Shown here: positions 29,494 through 41,614 of the stretch, piece by piece
Layout: the number at the start of each line of letters is the position of its first letter
Position numbering within the stretch: position 1 is the first letter of the stretch
Assembly (NCBI GenBank): GCA_963850385.1
Contig: CAWKKS010000002.1
Location: 124,578-188,577 of the forward strand
Length of the DNA: 64,000 bases
Reading direction: 5' to 3'
Origin: Candidatus Dormiibacterota bacterium
GTDB taxonomy: Bacteria; Chloroflexota; Dormibacteria; Aeolococcales; Aeolococcaceae
Notes under the pieces: model-generated
The model's database searches: none
Told to the model about the DNA's origin: nothing
What the model saw: only the letters and a program-made list of their open reading frames with translations
Position numbers and translations under genes: made by a program

Positions 29494-29943
29494 TCACGCC
29501 GAGGCGCCGGCGCTGGCCGGTCGGATGTTGAGCCGGTCGCCGAGCTCGGTGAACGTCTGGGGGTCGAGACCGCCGGCCTCCGCATCCCACACCGCCTCGC
29601 CCACCACCTCGACGACGTTGGAAACGCCGACGAACACCGCCCTGTCGTCGATGCGGGCGAAGCTGCGGTGCTCGGGCGTCAACAGGATCCGTCCCTGGGC
29701 GTCAACGTCGACCAGCCTGGCTCCGGCATAGAGGTGGCGCATGAACAGGCGCTCCTCCGACGAGCTCTGCGCGGTCAGCCGGTAGTTGCGCTCGTACTCC
29801 TGCCACTCGGCTGCCGGCCAGATCACGAGGCGGTTCTCCGCCCCCGGCGCGATGACCGCACCGCCGAGGTCGCGGCGGAACTGAGCGGGGAGAGCAACGC
29901 GTCCCTTGGGGTCGACGGCGTGGCGGAAGGTCCCATAGAACAT
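29494..29943 (-). CDS. mraZ: Transcriptional regulator MraZ
   Basis: VDPKGRVALP, DAQGRILL; head of the dcw cluster. Confidence 0.95.
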   Translation of the reverse strand: MFYGTFRHAVDPKGRVALPAQFRRDLGGAVIAPGAENRLVIWPAAEWQEYERNYRLTAQSSSEERLFMRHLYAGARLVDVDAQGRILLTPEHRSFARIDDRAVFVGVSNVVEVVGEAVWDAEAGGLDPQTFTELGDRLNIRPASAGASA

Positions 29944-29990
29944 GGGTCAGCGCTCACCGCCACGCTCAGACCGCCTGCGCACATTCCTTG

Positions 29991-30016
29991 CCCCACTTCT
30001 CACCACTGTGCCCCAC
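29991..30016 (-). promoter_or_regulatory. MraZ-binding direct repeats (dcw boxes)
   Basis: GTGGGG-caca-GTGGTG-agaa-GTGGGG with 10-bp period, just downstream of the promoter. Confidence 0.85.
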
Positions 30017-30028
30017 CGGGCTGGCGGA

Positions 30029-30057
30029 AAGGTAACAGTCTCAACTCGACGCGTCAA
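30029..30057 (-). promoter_or_regulatory. Sigma70-type promoter of the mraZ/dcw operon
   Basis: TTGACG-17 nt-TACCTT. Confidence 0.75.
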
Positions 30058-30191
30058 CGCGAACAGATGTGCGGTGCACTGACGGTGGAGCGCGACTCTG
30101 TTGGCGATCGAACGACAGCGGGTCATGCGGGGCGAGTGGTGGAGCGAGGTGGGGTGACGAGTCGGTGGTGAGCGCGGCGTAGAATCGCCCG

Positions 30192-30587
30192 GCAAGCCGG
30201 CCGGACGGCCGCGGGTGCTCGTCACCCGAGGAAAGTCCGGGCTCCACAGAGCAGGGCGCTGGGTAACGCCCAGTCGGGGCGACCCGAAGGAGAGTGCCAC
30301 AGAAATGACACAGCCGCGGCGGCCGCGGCAACGGTGAAATGGTGGGGTAAGAGCCCACCGGCGGTCGGGTGACCGGCCGGCCAGGTAAACCCCGCCCGGA
30401 GCAAGGCCGAACAGGGACGGACGGTTCGCCGCCCAGGGTTGCTCGCCCCATGTCCCGGGTCGGGCCGCTGCAGGCGCCGGGCAATCGGCGTCGTAGATGG
30501 ATGGCCGTCCCCCGTCGCCGGGGAGCGGCGGCCCGAGGGCCGTGAACGAGGCGGCGGGGACAGAACCCGGCTTACAGGCCGGCTTGC
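30192..30587 (+). ncRNA. rnpB: RNase P RNA (type A)
   Basis: GAGGAAAGTCCGGGC and ACAGAACCCGGCTTAC universal motifs; 5' GCAAGCCGGCC pairs with 3' GGCCGGCTTGC; TAGAAT -10 at 30180-30185. Confidence 0.97.
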
Positions 30588-30612
30588 ACGCTCCCCACCA
30601 TGGCCCGTTGCG

Positions 30613-31074
30613 CTAGAGGCCGAGCTCGCCCTGGCCGCGCGGGGAGGAATTTCCCTTCGCAAGCTGGCGCGCCACCGCGGCAACCGCCAGCGCGTCGACG
30701 CGCTCGTTGCCCGGCTCGCCGCTATGTCCGCGCACGTGCTCGAAGCGCACCCGCGAGTCGACGAGCGGGTCGATGGCCGGGTAGATGTCGAGGTTGGCCT
30801 TGCGCTTCCATCGCCGCGTCAGCCAGTTGATGACCCCGAGGCTGTCGGTGCGCACCACGATGCGCCACGACGGTTCGTCGCCGATGCGAGCGCGAACACG
30901 ACGCAGCGCTTCGCCAACCGCCTTCAGCTCCTCACGGTTGTTGGTGGTCATCGGCGACGCACCCGCGGCTTCATCGATGGACCCGTCCGGCCACTCGATG
31001 CGGTACGCCCAGGCGCCGGCACCGGGATTGCCCGAGCAGGCTCCATCGGTGTACACCACCACCGTCGCCGTCAC
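30613..31074 (-). CDS. rnhA: Ribonuclease HI
   Basis: YTDGACSGNPG, TTNNREEL, TDS, HVRGHSG..GNERVDALA. Confidence 0.94.
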   Translation of the reverse strand: MTATVVVYTDGACSGNPGAGAWAYRIEWPDGSIDEAAGASPMTTNNREELKAVGEALRRVRARIGDEPSWRIVVRTDSLGVINWLTRRWKRKANLDIYPAIDPLVDSRVRFEHVRGHSGEPGNERVDALAVAAVARQLAKGNSSPRGQGELGL

Positions 31075-31766
31075 GGGACCACGATACGGTCGCAGCCGGA
31101 ACACTGCACCACGTCCGCGGCAACGCGGATGCGGCGCACCTCGGAGTTGGCGAACGGGATGTGGCAGCCGCCGCAACTGTCGGAGACGATGTGCACGACC
31201 GCGGGTTGCAGGCGGCGCGCCAAGCGCTCGTACAACGCCAGGTCCGCCGCCGGAACGGACGCCCGCAGCTCCGCGCCGTCGTGGGCGTGGCGCTGCACCG
31301 CTGCGCGCAGGGCAACCGCCTGCTCGAGCAGGTCACCGGCGCCGGCTGCACGCTGCTGCTCGCGCTCGACGATGGCCGCGTTGGCGTCGCTGTCGGCGCC
31401 GGCTGCCGCTTCGGCGCGCTCCATCAGCGCGAGCAACTGCTCATCCTGGGCGTCGATGCGCTGACGGAGCACCAGCAGCTCCTGCTGCATGCCGAGGAGC
31501 TCCTGCGGGTTGCGCACCGACCCGTCGTAGAGGTGACGATCCAGCTCTTTGGCGCGCCTGCGCAGCACGTCCGCCGCAGCTTCGACCGCGGCGAGCTCGG
31601 CCTCGGCGGCGGTCTGCTCCCGGCGCCGGCGCCGTGCCTCACGGCGGCGGCGCTCCAGCTCGGGATCGGCGGCCACCTGCGCCTCCACCGCGGCGAGGCG
31701 CTCGGTGTCGACACGCAGGCGGGTGTCGATCTCCTGCAACCTCAGCAGGTCGCCGGCACGGCTCAC
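31071..31766 (-). CDS. Coiled-coil protein with C4 zinc ribbon (DUF164 / Rv2229c-like)
   Basis: LLRLQEID, long coiled coil, CGGC..CSGC. Confidence 0.88.
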   Translation of the reverse strand: MSRAGDLLRLQEIDTRLRVDTERLAAVEAQVAADPELERRRREARRRRREQTAAEAELAAVEAAADVLRRRAKELDRHLYDGSVRNPQELLGMQQELLVLRQRIDAQDEQLLALMERAEAAAGADSDANAAIVEREQQRAAGAGDLLEQAVALRAAVQRHAHDGAELRASVPAADLALYERLARRLQPAVVHIVSDSCGGCHIPFANSEVRRIRVAADVVQCSGCDRIVVP

Positions 31767-32239
31767 GTCCCGACCTCGACCAGGCGAGCGGTGTACCGGC
31801 GCGACCGCTGAACGGCGACATCGCACGCGAGGACCCGCCAGCCCCGCCGGCTGAGCCAGGGCGCGACCAGGTCGTCGCGCTGCATGCACTGGAGCACCAG
31901 CCAGCGCACGCCGCGTTCGGGAGCCTGCGCCGCGATGGCGAGCATCGAGGGCGCGCCGACACCGGCGATCACCACGGTGTCCGCCTCCCCGGGAGCCAGT
32001 GGCGCCAGCCCGGAGCCCCAGCGGACCTCGACGCGGTCGGACAGTGACCACGCGTGGATGTTGTGGCGCAGCTCGCGCAGCGGCCCCATCGCCACCTCGG
32101 TCGCGATCAACCGCGCCGTCGTGCGCGTTGCCAGCCCGGCGCACAGCGCGCCATGGCCGGCGCCGATGTCGGCCACCACGGCTGCGTCCGTCGGGACCAG
32201 GGAGATGGCGCTGCGCAACCTGGTTCGCAAAGCGGTCAC
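31763..32239 (-). CDS. trmK: tRNA (adenine22-N1)-methyltransferase TrmK-like, short form
   Basis: VADIGAGHG, GSGLAPL, VVIAGVG, LVLQ. Confidence 0.75.
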   Translation of the reverse strand: MTALRTRLRSAISLVPTDAAVVADIGAGHGALCAGLATRTTARLIATEVAMGPLRELRHNIHAWSLSDRVEVRWGSGLAPLAPGEADTVVIAGVGAPSMLAIAAQAPERGVRWLVLQCMQRDDLVAPWLSRRGWRVLACDVAVQRSRRYTARLVEVGT

Positions 32240-33264
32240 GACCCCGCCGCCTGTGACACCGCGACGAGCCCAGCCAACGTCTGCCGGGCCGCGCCGGAGT
32301 CGATGGCGGCTGCGCAGCGCTCGAGCCCCTCGGACAGGTCGGCGGACGTGCCGGCGGCGGCGAGCGCAGCCGCACCGTTGAGGATCACCACGTCGCGCGC
32401 CGGCCCCGGCTCACCGTCCAGAACCCCGCGGATCATCCTCGCGTTGGTGGCAGCGTCGCCGCCCGCGATGGCCGCTCGCGGTGCGGCGCGCAGGCCGAGC
32501 GCCTGCGGGTCGACCTCGAGTGGACGCAGACCCGACGCGGTGACCTCGTACCCGCTGGTGACGCCGTCGAGCCCGAGCTCGTCCAGCCCACCTGGACCGA
32601 CGAACACGAGCGCGTGCTCATGTCCAAGCATCTGCAGGACCCGTGCCATGGCCTCCAGCGGTGCTGTCCCCGCCACACCCAGGGCCTGGTGGCGGACGCG
32701 GGCCGGGTTGGCGAGCGGGCCGAGGACATTGAACACAGTCCGGATGCCCAGCTCGCGGCGGGGCGCCGCCGCATGGCGCATCGCCGGGTGAAAGGCCGGG
32801 GCGAAGATGAAGCCGATGCCTGTCTCCTCGACGCAACGGCGTACCCCGGCCGCGTCGAGCACCACCCTGACACCCAGCTCCTCGAGCACGTCGGCGCTGC
32901 CACAGCGCGACGACTGGGCCCGGTTGCCGTGCTTGGCGACGCGGCAGCCGGCGGCGGCCGCGACAAGGGCGGCGGCTGTGGAGATGTTGAAGGTATGGCT
33001 GCCGTCGCCGCCGGTCCCACAGGTGTCGACGGCACCCGGGCGCAGCTCGATGCGGGTCGCATGGTCGCGCATCGACAGCACCATCCCCGCCAGCTCGTCC
33101 ACGGTCTCTCCGCGCGTGCGCAGCGCCGCCAGCAGAGCACCGATCTGCGCCGGCGTCGCGGCTCCCTCCATGACCACGTCCATGACGGCGCGCGCCGTCG
33201 CGACGTCGAGGCAGCCGCCGCCGACGATCGTCTCGAGCGCGCTGCGCATCACCTCATCGGTCAC
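32236..33264 (-). CDS. trpD: Anthranilate phosphoribosyltransferase
   Basis: DTCGTGGDG..TFNIST, KHGNRAQSS..GSAD, RTVFNVLGPLANP. Confidence 0.96.
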   Translation of the reverse strand: MTDEVMRSALETIVGGGCLDVATARAVMDVVMEGAATPAQIGALLAALRTRGETVDELAGMVLSMRDHATRIELRPGAVDTCGTGGDGSHTFNISTAAALVAAAAGCRVAKHGNRAQSSRCGSADVLEELGVRVVLDAAGVRRCVEETGIGFIFAPAFHPAMRHAAAPRRELGIRTVFNVLGPLANPARVRHQALGVAGTAPLEAMARVLQMLGHEHALVFVGPGGLDELGLDGVTSGYEVTASGLRPLEVDPQALGLRAAPRAAIAGGDAATNARMIRGVLDGEPGPARDVVILNGAAALAAAGTSADLSEGLERCAAAIDSGAARQTLAGLVAVSQAAGS

Positions 33265-33312
33265 GAGGGCGCGACGGTATCACCGACGGGCCGGACATAT
33301 ACTCGGCCGCCG

Positions 33313-34128
33313 ATGACAGCCCGCAGCCTGACCCCGTTCGATCCCGAGGTCGTGCGTCCGTGGACCCTCGGCGAGGGCCGCCGGGGGGTGCTGCTGCTGC
33401 ACGGCTTCGCCGGGACGCCGCCGGAGCTGCGCGGTCTCGGCGAGCACCTGGCCGCCCACGGCTACCTCTGCCGTGGCCCCGCGCTGGCGGGGCACGCCCG
33501 CACGCCCGAGGCGCTCGAGGCCAGCACCCGCCACGATTGGCTCAGCTCGGCGCAGGCAGAGCTCGACGCGCTCGCCGAGCGCTGCGACACCATCATGGTG
33601 GTGGGCCAGTCGATGGGCGGCACCATCGCGCTCCACCTTGCCGCCACCGACCTGCGCATCGCCGCGGTGGCGACGCTGGCGGCACCGGTGTGGCTCGGTG
33701 GCGTGGCAGCGCGTGCCATACCGGTGGCGCGCCGGGTGATGCGCTGGCACCGCACCGGCAGTGACATCGACCTCTATGACCTGGAGGCCATCGACGACCT
33801 GTACTCGCACGGGCTGCGGCCGATGAGCGCCATCCACGAGTTCACCCTGCTGTTGCGCGCGGTGCGTGACCAGCTCGCGGCTGTCCGCGCGCCGGTGCTG
33901 GTGCTCCACGGAGGCCGGGACCGGACGATCGACCCGGCCAACGCGCTGGAGATCGAGCACCGGCTGGTGTGCAGTCGGCAGGTGGAACGCCGCACCTTCC
34001 CGCGCAGCGGCCACGGGATGAGCGTCGACATCGACCGCCACGAGATCAACGCGGCGGTGCTGCGCTGGTTTGAGCTGCACTCGTCGCAGCGGGTCGACCT
34101 CGCCGAGCTGGCCGGCGTCGGACGCTGA
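33313..34128 (+). CDS. Carboxylesterase / monoacylglycerol lipase-like alpha/beta hydrolase
   Basis: LLHGFAGTP, GQSMGG, HGGRDRTI, SGH. Confidence 0.9.
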   Translation: MTARSLTPFDPEVVRPWTLGEGRRGVLLLHGFAGTPPELRGLGEHLAAHGYLCRGPALAGHARTPEALEASTRHDWLSSAQAELDALAERCDTIMVVGQSMGGTIALHLAATDLRIAAVATLAAPVWLGGVAARAIPVARRVMRWHRTGSDIDLYDLEAIDDLYSHGLRPMSAIHEFTLLLRAVRDQLAAVRAPVLVLHGGRDRTIDPANALEIEHRLVCSRQVERRTFPRSGHGMSVDIDRHEINAAVLRWFELHSSQRVDLAELAGVGR

Positions 34129-34425
34129 TCAGCCGCCGAGCTCTTCGAGGAGACGGCGCGCCAGGTCGGGGTCGATGACCGGGTTGCTGGGCGGCCCCTC
34201 GTCGATCGGTTGGTGGCGACCGGCCCGCGGGCTGGGGTCACCGCGGTCGTGGTCAAGGCGCGTCGACCCACGTTGACTGTGCCCGCATGCCGCGCAGCGC
34301 AGCACGCTTGTGCTGCTGCCGGCACCCGCGTACTCGCGGTGCGACATGCGCAGTGGCGCGCCGCAGCGGGGGCACGGGCGCGGCGGTGTCCGATCACGAG
34401 GTCTCTGTGGGACATCGCGTTGCAT
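34129..34425 (-). CDS. Small hypothetical protein with CxxC..CxxC zinc ribbon
   Basis: CPRC and CAAC motifs; AAGGAG SD; fills the gap exactly. Confidence 0.6.
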   Translation of the reverse strand: MQRDVPQRPRDRTPPRPCPRCGAPLRMSHREYAGAGSSTSVLRCAACGHSQRGSTRLDHDRGDPSPRAGRHQPIDEGPPSNPVIDPDLARRLLEELGG

Positions 34426-34543
34426 GACCTCAGATCTCCTTCATCGACATTTACCGAGGCTTGCTGCGAGCGTGACCGAATGTCGTCGTCCCCAAGCGTA
34501 CGGTTCCGATCAACCGAAGGGGGACCTCACATCAGGAGACACG

Positions 34544-34717
34544 ATGGCAGCCCCGCACGAACAGGCCCTGGCCGATCAGCGCGAGAACGACGCCGCGCGA
34601 AGCTACCTGCGCGAACGGCGCCTCGCCACCGTGGTCGCCGAGGCGATCCGACGGGCGGATGCCATGTCCCGCCTCGACGCCAGCCTGCGCAGCGGTGGGA
34701 GGCGCCACCCCGCCTGA
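34544..34717 (+). CDS. 57-aa helical hypothetical protein
   Basis: AGGAGA SD before ATG; TACGGT -10 at 34499-34504. Confidence 0.6.
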   Translation: MAAPHEQALADQRENDAARSYLRERRLATVVAEAIRRADAMSRLDASLRSGGRRHPA

Positions 34718-34753
34718 TCCCTGTCGGCGCCGGCGTCACCGTACAGTGCCTCG

Positions 34754-35326
34754 ATGGCATCCCTGATTGACCGGCTGCGTGGTGCCGTCGACCCGCTGGG
34801 CAGCGTCCACCATGCACCCCCCGCGAGCCGGCGGAATGCCGCCGTCCTGCTTCTCTTCGAGGCCAGGACAGCCGGGCTTCCGCTGCTCTTCATGGAGCGG
34901 ACCGGGCACCTCCGCCACCACGCCGGCCAGATCGCCTTCCCGGGCGGAGGGTCCGAACCCGGTGACGTGGATGCTGTCGACACCGCGCTGCGCGAGGCCG
35001 GCGAGGAGGCGGCGATCCCGCGCCAGGCTGTCGAGGTGATCGGTCTGTTGCCGCCATTCCTGACTGCAACGTCAGACAACTGGCTCACGCCCGTGGTGGG
35101 GCTGCAGCGCGGCGACATCGAGCTGCAGCCCGACCCGTTCGAGGTGGCGCGGCTGTTCCACCTCGCTCTTGGCGACCTGATGGAGGCACGGCACAGGGTG
35201 CACGTGCTCACCCACGACGGGGTGTCGCGAACGGTGCACTTCTACGACATCGAGGGCAACACGGTCTGGGGGGTCACCGCGGGGATCGTGCATGAGTTGA
35301 TCACGCGCATCGCCGCGCTGGGCTGA
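34754..35326 (+). CDS. CoA pyrophosphatase (NudL/PCD1-type Nudix hydrolase)
   Basis: HAGQIAFPGG..ALREAGEE, VARLF, VWGVTA. Confidence 0.9.
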   Translation: MASLIDRLRGAVDPLGSVHHAPPASRRNAAVLLLFEARTAGLPLLFMERTGHLRHHAGQIAFPGGGSEPGDVDAVDTALREAGEEAAIPRQAVEVIGLLPPFLTATSDNWLTPVVGLQRGDIELQPDPFEVARLFHLALGDLMEARHRVHVLTHDGVSRTVHFYDIEGNTVWGVTAGIVHELITRIAALG

Positions 35327-35333
35327 CCGCGGC

Positions 35334-35986
35334 TCAGCGATATCTCGGGTGCACCACGAAGGGGTTCCCCTGCATCTCCTCGGCGATGGTGGTACGGCCC
35401 CCATGGCCGGGATGCACGACCGTGTCGGGAGGCAGCGTGTACAGGCGCTGCTCGATGCTGGCCATCAACTGCGGCCAGTCACCGCCAGGCAGGTCGGCGC
35501 GACCCACGCCACGGTGGAACAGCGTGTCCCCGCTCACCAGGTCGGTGCCCAGCACGAAGCACACCGACCCCTGGGTGTGCCCCGGCGTGTGCAGCACGGC
35601 GATGCGCAGCCCGTGCCAGTCGATCACCTCTCCGTCCACGAGCTCCTCGTCGATGATCACGTCCGGCGTGCCGGGCGGGATCCCGGGGAGGAACCGGATG
35701 CTCGGCAACTGCACCCGGTCGGCGGGGTGAAGCGCGACCGGGCAGCGATGCGCGGCCACCACCGCCGGCACCCCGTTGACGTGGTCGCCGTGGCCGTGGG
35801 TCAGCAGGATCCGCTCGCAGCGCCAGGACCTCTCCTCGAGCAGTTGCAGCGCAGCTGCGTGCTGCAGGCCAGGGTCGATGAGGACCGCGGCGTCACTGTC
35901 GCGGCGATGCAGGACGTAGCAGTTCTGGTCGTACATCGGATCGACGACCCGGGTGAGCTCGACGACGTCGCGCAGCGTCTCGGCCA

Positions 35987-35987
<1 letters not shown>
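35334..35987 (-). CDS. MBL-fold metallo-hydrolase (glyoxalase II-like)
   Basis: THGHGDH, HTPGHTQG, GDTLF, PGHG. Confidence 0.92.
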
Positions 35988-38533
<2,546 letters not shown>

Positions 38534-38561
38534 GGCGCGAGGATACCCGCGCGGAGCCGCT

Positions 38562-39617
38562 TCAACCCCCGCCGGAGCGGGCCGGGCCGGCGGCAGCCCA
38601 GTCCCGCTCGAAGGCGTCGGCGTAATACGCGGCGACGGTCGCGTTCTCGACGCGCAGCGCCGCCTCCAGCGACGCGCCCAGGCCGGCCGCGCTCCAATTC
38701 GACGACATGACCAGGGTGACCTGGTCGACAACCATCCCCTTGGCATGTCCCGTGGTGCTCCGCCGCGGGTCCATGACCCGGGCCGGCAGGCCTCTGTCCC
38801 GGAGCGCGGCGGCGTCGCCGTCCGAGGGATCTGTGCCGAGGAGGACGCGCACGTCCGCCCCGTCGTGGCGCAGCTCCATGCAGCGCTGCAGCAGCGGTCG
38901 AACCTCGTGGGCCCAGGTGTGGATGTAGGGGACGGTCACGAAGCAGCGCCGCCGTCGCGGCTCGAGAAGGGCCTCGATGGCGGTGCGCACCGCGCGCGCG
39001 TCGGTCGCCAGGTGCAGCCGGCGCGGTGAGAGCTCCAGCTCGAGCGGGGGCACTGCCGGCGATGGCGCCCCGATCGGCGGCGCCTCGGCCTCGGCTCCGA
39101 CGGCCCAGACTGCTGGTGGACTCACCGCGCTGCGCCAGGCCGCCGTGATCCTGGCGCGCGCGCTGGCAGCCAGCGTGGGTGCCCCATCAGCGAAGACCCA
39201 CCACTCCCGCGTCCCCGCCTGTGGGGGCGCCGCCGGGGGGAGCAGACCATGGCGATCCATCGGCGCGTCACGCTCGATGAGGTTGCCGGTGCCGACGGCC
39301 AGGCCGCCGCCGTCGGCGACGAGAAGCTTCCAGTGCGCCTCCTGGAGGCCGTTGTGACGGCGCACCCGGCACGGGACGATGACGCCGCGGTGCGACGCCG
39401 CCCTGAGCTCGTCGAGGCAGCCGCGGTTGGCGCCCCCATGGCCGTCGAGGAGCACCCGGACGCGCACGCCGCGCTCGACCGCGCGCGGGAACATCCAGCC
39501 GTAGCTCGGGCCGGCCTCATAGACCGCGACATCAAGCCGGTCCGCAGCCGAATCGATGAAGTGGCGCAGCAGGGTGCCCGCGGAGTCGGGCCCGAGCGCG
39601 CACGTGAGACGGGTCAC
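38562..39617 (-). CDS. Phospholipase D-superfamily protein with two HKD motifs
   Basis: HWKLLVAD and HAKGMVVD, followed by SSNWS; start uncertain. Confidence 0.85.
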   Translation of the reverse strand: MTRLTCALGPDSAGTLLRHFIDSAADRLDVAVYEAGPSYGWMFPRAVERGVRVRVLLDGHGGANRGCLDELRAASHRGVIVPCRVRRHNGLQEAHWKLLVADGGGLAVGTGNLIERDAPMDRHGLLPPAAPPQAGTREWWVFADGAPTLAASARARITAAWRSAVSPPAVWAVGAEAEAPPIGAPSPAVPPLELELSPRRLHLATDARAVRTAIEALLEPRRRRCFVTVPYIHTWAHEVRPLLQRCMELRHDGADVRVLLGTDPSDGDAAALRDRGLPARVMDPRRSTTGHAKGMVVDQVTLVMSSNWSAAGLGASLEAALRVENATVAAYYADAFERDWAAAGPARSGGG

Positions 39618-39817
39618 GGTGGCCCTGTGGTGACGGCGCTCGCGAGCATGCGCGGGCCACAATAGGCGCCATCGACGAGATTGAGGGATCCCACCCGCCT
39701 CCCCCGCCACCGCCGCCGTCCAGCAACTCCTCACCGGACACGCCGCCGGCGCGGGGGTTCGCGGGGGGGCCGCCACCGCCGCCGCCCGAGACACGGCGTC
39801 AGCGCCGCCGGCGGGGG

Positions 39818-40867
39818 GTGCCCGGGTCGATCGGTCTGCTGCTGATCGGGCTCATCGTCGGCGCCGGCATCGCGGTCGCCGCGCTGCACGACCGTGGGGG
39901 CGGCGGTGTCGCCGAGGTCCAGGTCAACGGCTCCCCCGCCAAGGCGCCGACCTCATCCACTGTCGACGTCGCCAACCGGCTCGGTCCGGCGGTGGGGACC
40001 ATCATCGCCACCATGCCGAGCTCGTCCGGGCTGGGCAGCGGCTTCGTGGTCGCCAAGGACGGGTCGGTGTCCTACCTGGTCACCAACAACCACGTCGTGT
40101 CAGGGGCGAGCAGCCTCCACGTGGTCATGCCCGACGGCCAGCAGTTCACCGCGACACTGGTCGGCACCGACAGCCTCGACGACATCGCCGTCGTCAGCGT
40201 GCCGTCCACCTCTCTTCCGCAGGCGACGTTCGGCACCTCGGCCAACCTCGCAGCCGGCCAGCCCGTGATCGCGATCGGGTCGCCGTTGGGCGACCAGGGG
40301 TCGGTGACCGTGGGAGTGATCAGCGCCCTGCACCGCACCATCACCGCCAGCGGGCAGGCGGGGTCCTCCTCGGAGACGCTCGAGGACGTGCTGCAGACCG
40401 ACGCGTCGATCAACCCGGGCAACAGCGGTGGGCCGCTGGCCGACACCGCCGGCAATGTCGTGGGGGTCAACGTGGCCACGGCCGGCAACGCCACCAACAT
40501 CGGGTACAGCATCCCGGCCGACCTGGCCCGCTACGTCGCGGAGACGCTCATCGCCCACCGCAAGGTGCAACACCCCTTCCTCGGGATCGCCTACTACACC
40601 AGCATCGACGCCATCGAGCAGGGCTCGCCCTTCAGCGGTCCCGGGGTCCTCGTCCACGGCGTCAGCGCCGGCACCCCCGCCGCCAGCGCTGGGTTCCGGG
40701 CGGGCGACATCCTCGTCGCCATCGACGGCGTGGCCATCGACAGGGGCCTCACCCTTGGCGGGCTGATCCAACCCCACAAGGTCGGCCAGACGATCACCTG
40801 CACGGTGCGGCGCGGAGGCGCCACCATCACCCTCACGGCGACGCTCGAGGAACGCCCCAGCGGGTGA
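39818..40867 (+). CDS. HtrA/S1C serine protease with TM anchor and PDZ domain (true start may be 39671)
   Basis: GSGF, TNNHVV, DIAV, TDASINPGNSGGPL, C-terminal PDZ. Confidence 0.93.
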   Translation: MPGSIGLLLIGLIVGAGIAVAALHDRGGGGVAEVQVNGSPAKAPTSSTVDVANRLGPAVGTIIATMPSSSGLGSGFVVAKDGSVSYLVTNNHVVSGASSLHVVMPDGQQFTATLVGTDSLDDIAVVSVPSTSLPQATFGTSANLAAGQPVIAIGSPLGDQGSVTVGVISALHRTITASGQAGSSSETLEDVLQTDASINPGNSGGPLADTAGNVVGVNVATAGNATNIGYSIPADLARYVAETLIAHRKVQHPFLGIAYYTSIDAIEQGSPFSGPGVLVHGVSAGTPAASAGFRAGDILVAIDGVAIDRGLTLGGLIQPHKVGQTITCTVRRGGATITLTATLEERPSG

Positions 40868-40870
40868 GGC

Positions 40871-41587
40871 TCAGCCGGGCTGCGCGCGCACCGTGGCCGG
40901 CACCCGGGAGCGCCGCGTGCTCCAGGCGGGGTGGCGGTCGACGAACTCGTACAGCGCGGCCGGGCGGCCTGGACCGTTCTTGACCACGCGACCGGTGGCG
41001 CGCACCAACCCCGACTGCTCCAGGCCCCGCCGGAAGTTCGAGGGCTCGTAGGCCACCCCGCTGATCGCCTCGAAGACGCGACGCGCCTGCGGCATGGTGA
41101 AGCGCTCGGGCAGCAGTCCCACGGCGATGTTGGACCACCACACCTTGCCGCGCAGACGTTCGACTCCGTCGCCGATGACGTCGGCGTGGTCGAAGGCCAG
41201 CGGCGGCAGCGCATCGACCGGGAACCAGCGCGCGGCGGAGTCGGCCTCACGAAGCACGGCGGCGTCGATCAGGCCAAGGTAGGCCACCGAGGGGATCCAG
41301 CCGCGCGGGTCCCTGGAGGGGTCGCCGTACGTCTGCAGCTGTTCCATGTAGACGGCGCCGACACCCGTCTTCTCGGTGAGCTTGCGCTGCGCGGTCTCCT
41401 CGGGTCGCTCGTCGGGGCTCATGAAGCCGCCGGGAAGTGACCACATCCCGGCGTGGGGCTCCTCCTCGCGACGCACCAGCAGGACGTGCAGCTGCCCGGC
41501 CACGGGGGCGAGCACGACCGGCAGGGCGTTGAGGCCTGCGGGTGCGGGGAACCCGGCGCTGTTGACGGCGCGCATCGGGTCGGTCAT
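40871..41587 (-). CDS. nrtR: NrtR-family Nudix/wHTH transcriptional regulator
   Basis: WSLPGGF, EQLQTYGDPSRDPRG, LAFDH, SNFRR, GRPAALY. Confidence 0.85.
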   Translation of the reverse strand: MTDPMRAVNSAGFPAPAGLNALPVVLAPVAGQLHVLLVRREEEPHAGMWSLPGGFMSPDERPEETAQRKLTEKTGVGAVYMEQLQTYGDPSRDPRGWIPSVAYLGLIDAAVLREADSAARWFPVDALPPLAFDHADVIGDGVERLRGKVWWSNIAVGLLPERFTMPQARRVFEAISGVAYEPSNFRRGLEQSGLVRATGRVVKNGPGRPAALYEFVDRHPAWSTRRSRVPATVRAQPG

Positions 41588-41614
41588 GACCGGGCCAACG
41601 TAGCAGTTGGCGCG

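Noticed and set aside
39690-39790. CCG-rich repeats as a non-coding repeat or array
   Set aside because: Explained as poly-Pro codons of the protease N-terminal tail
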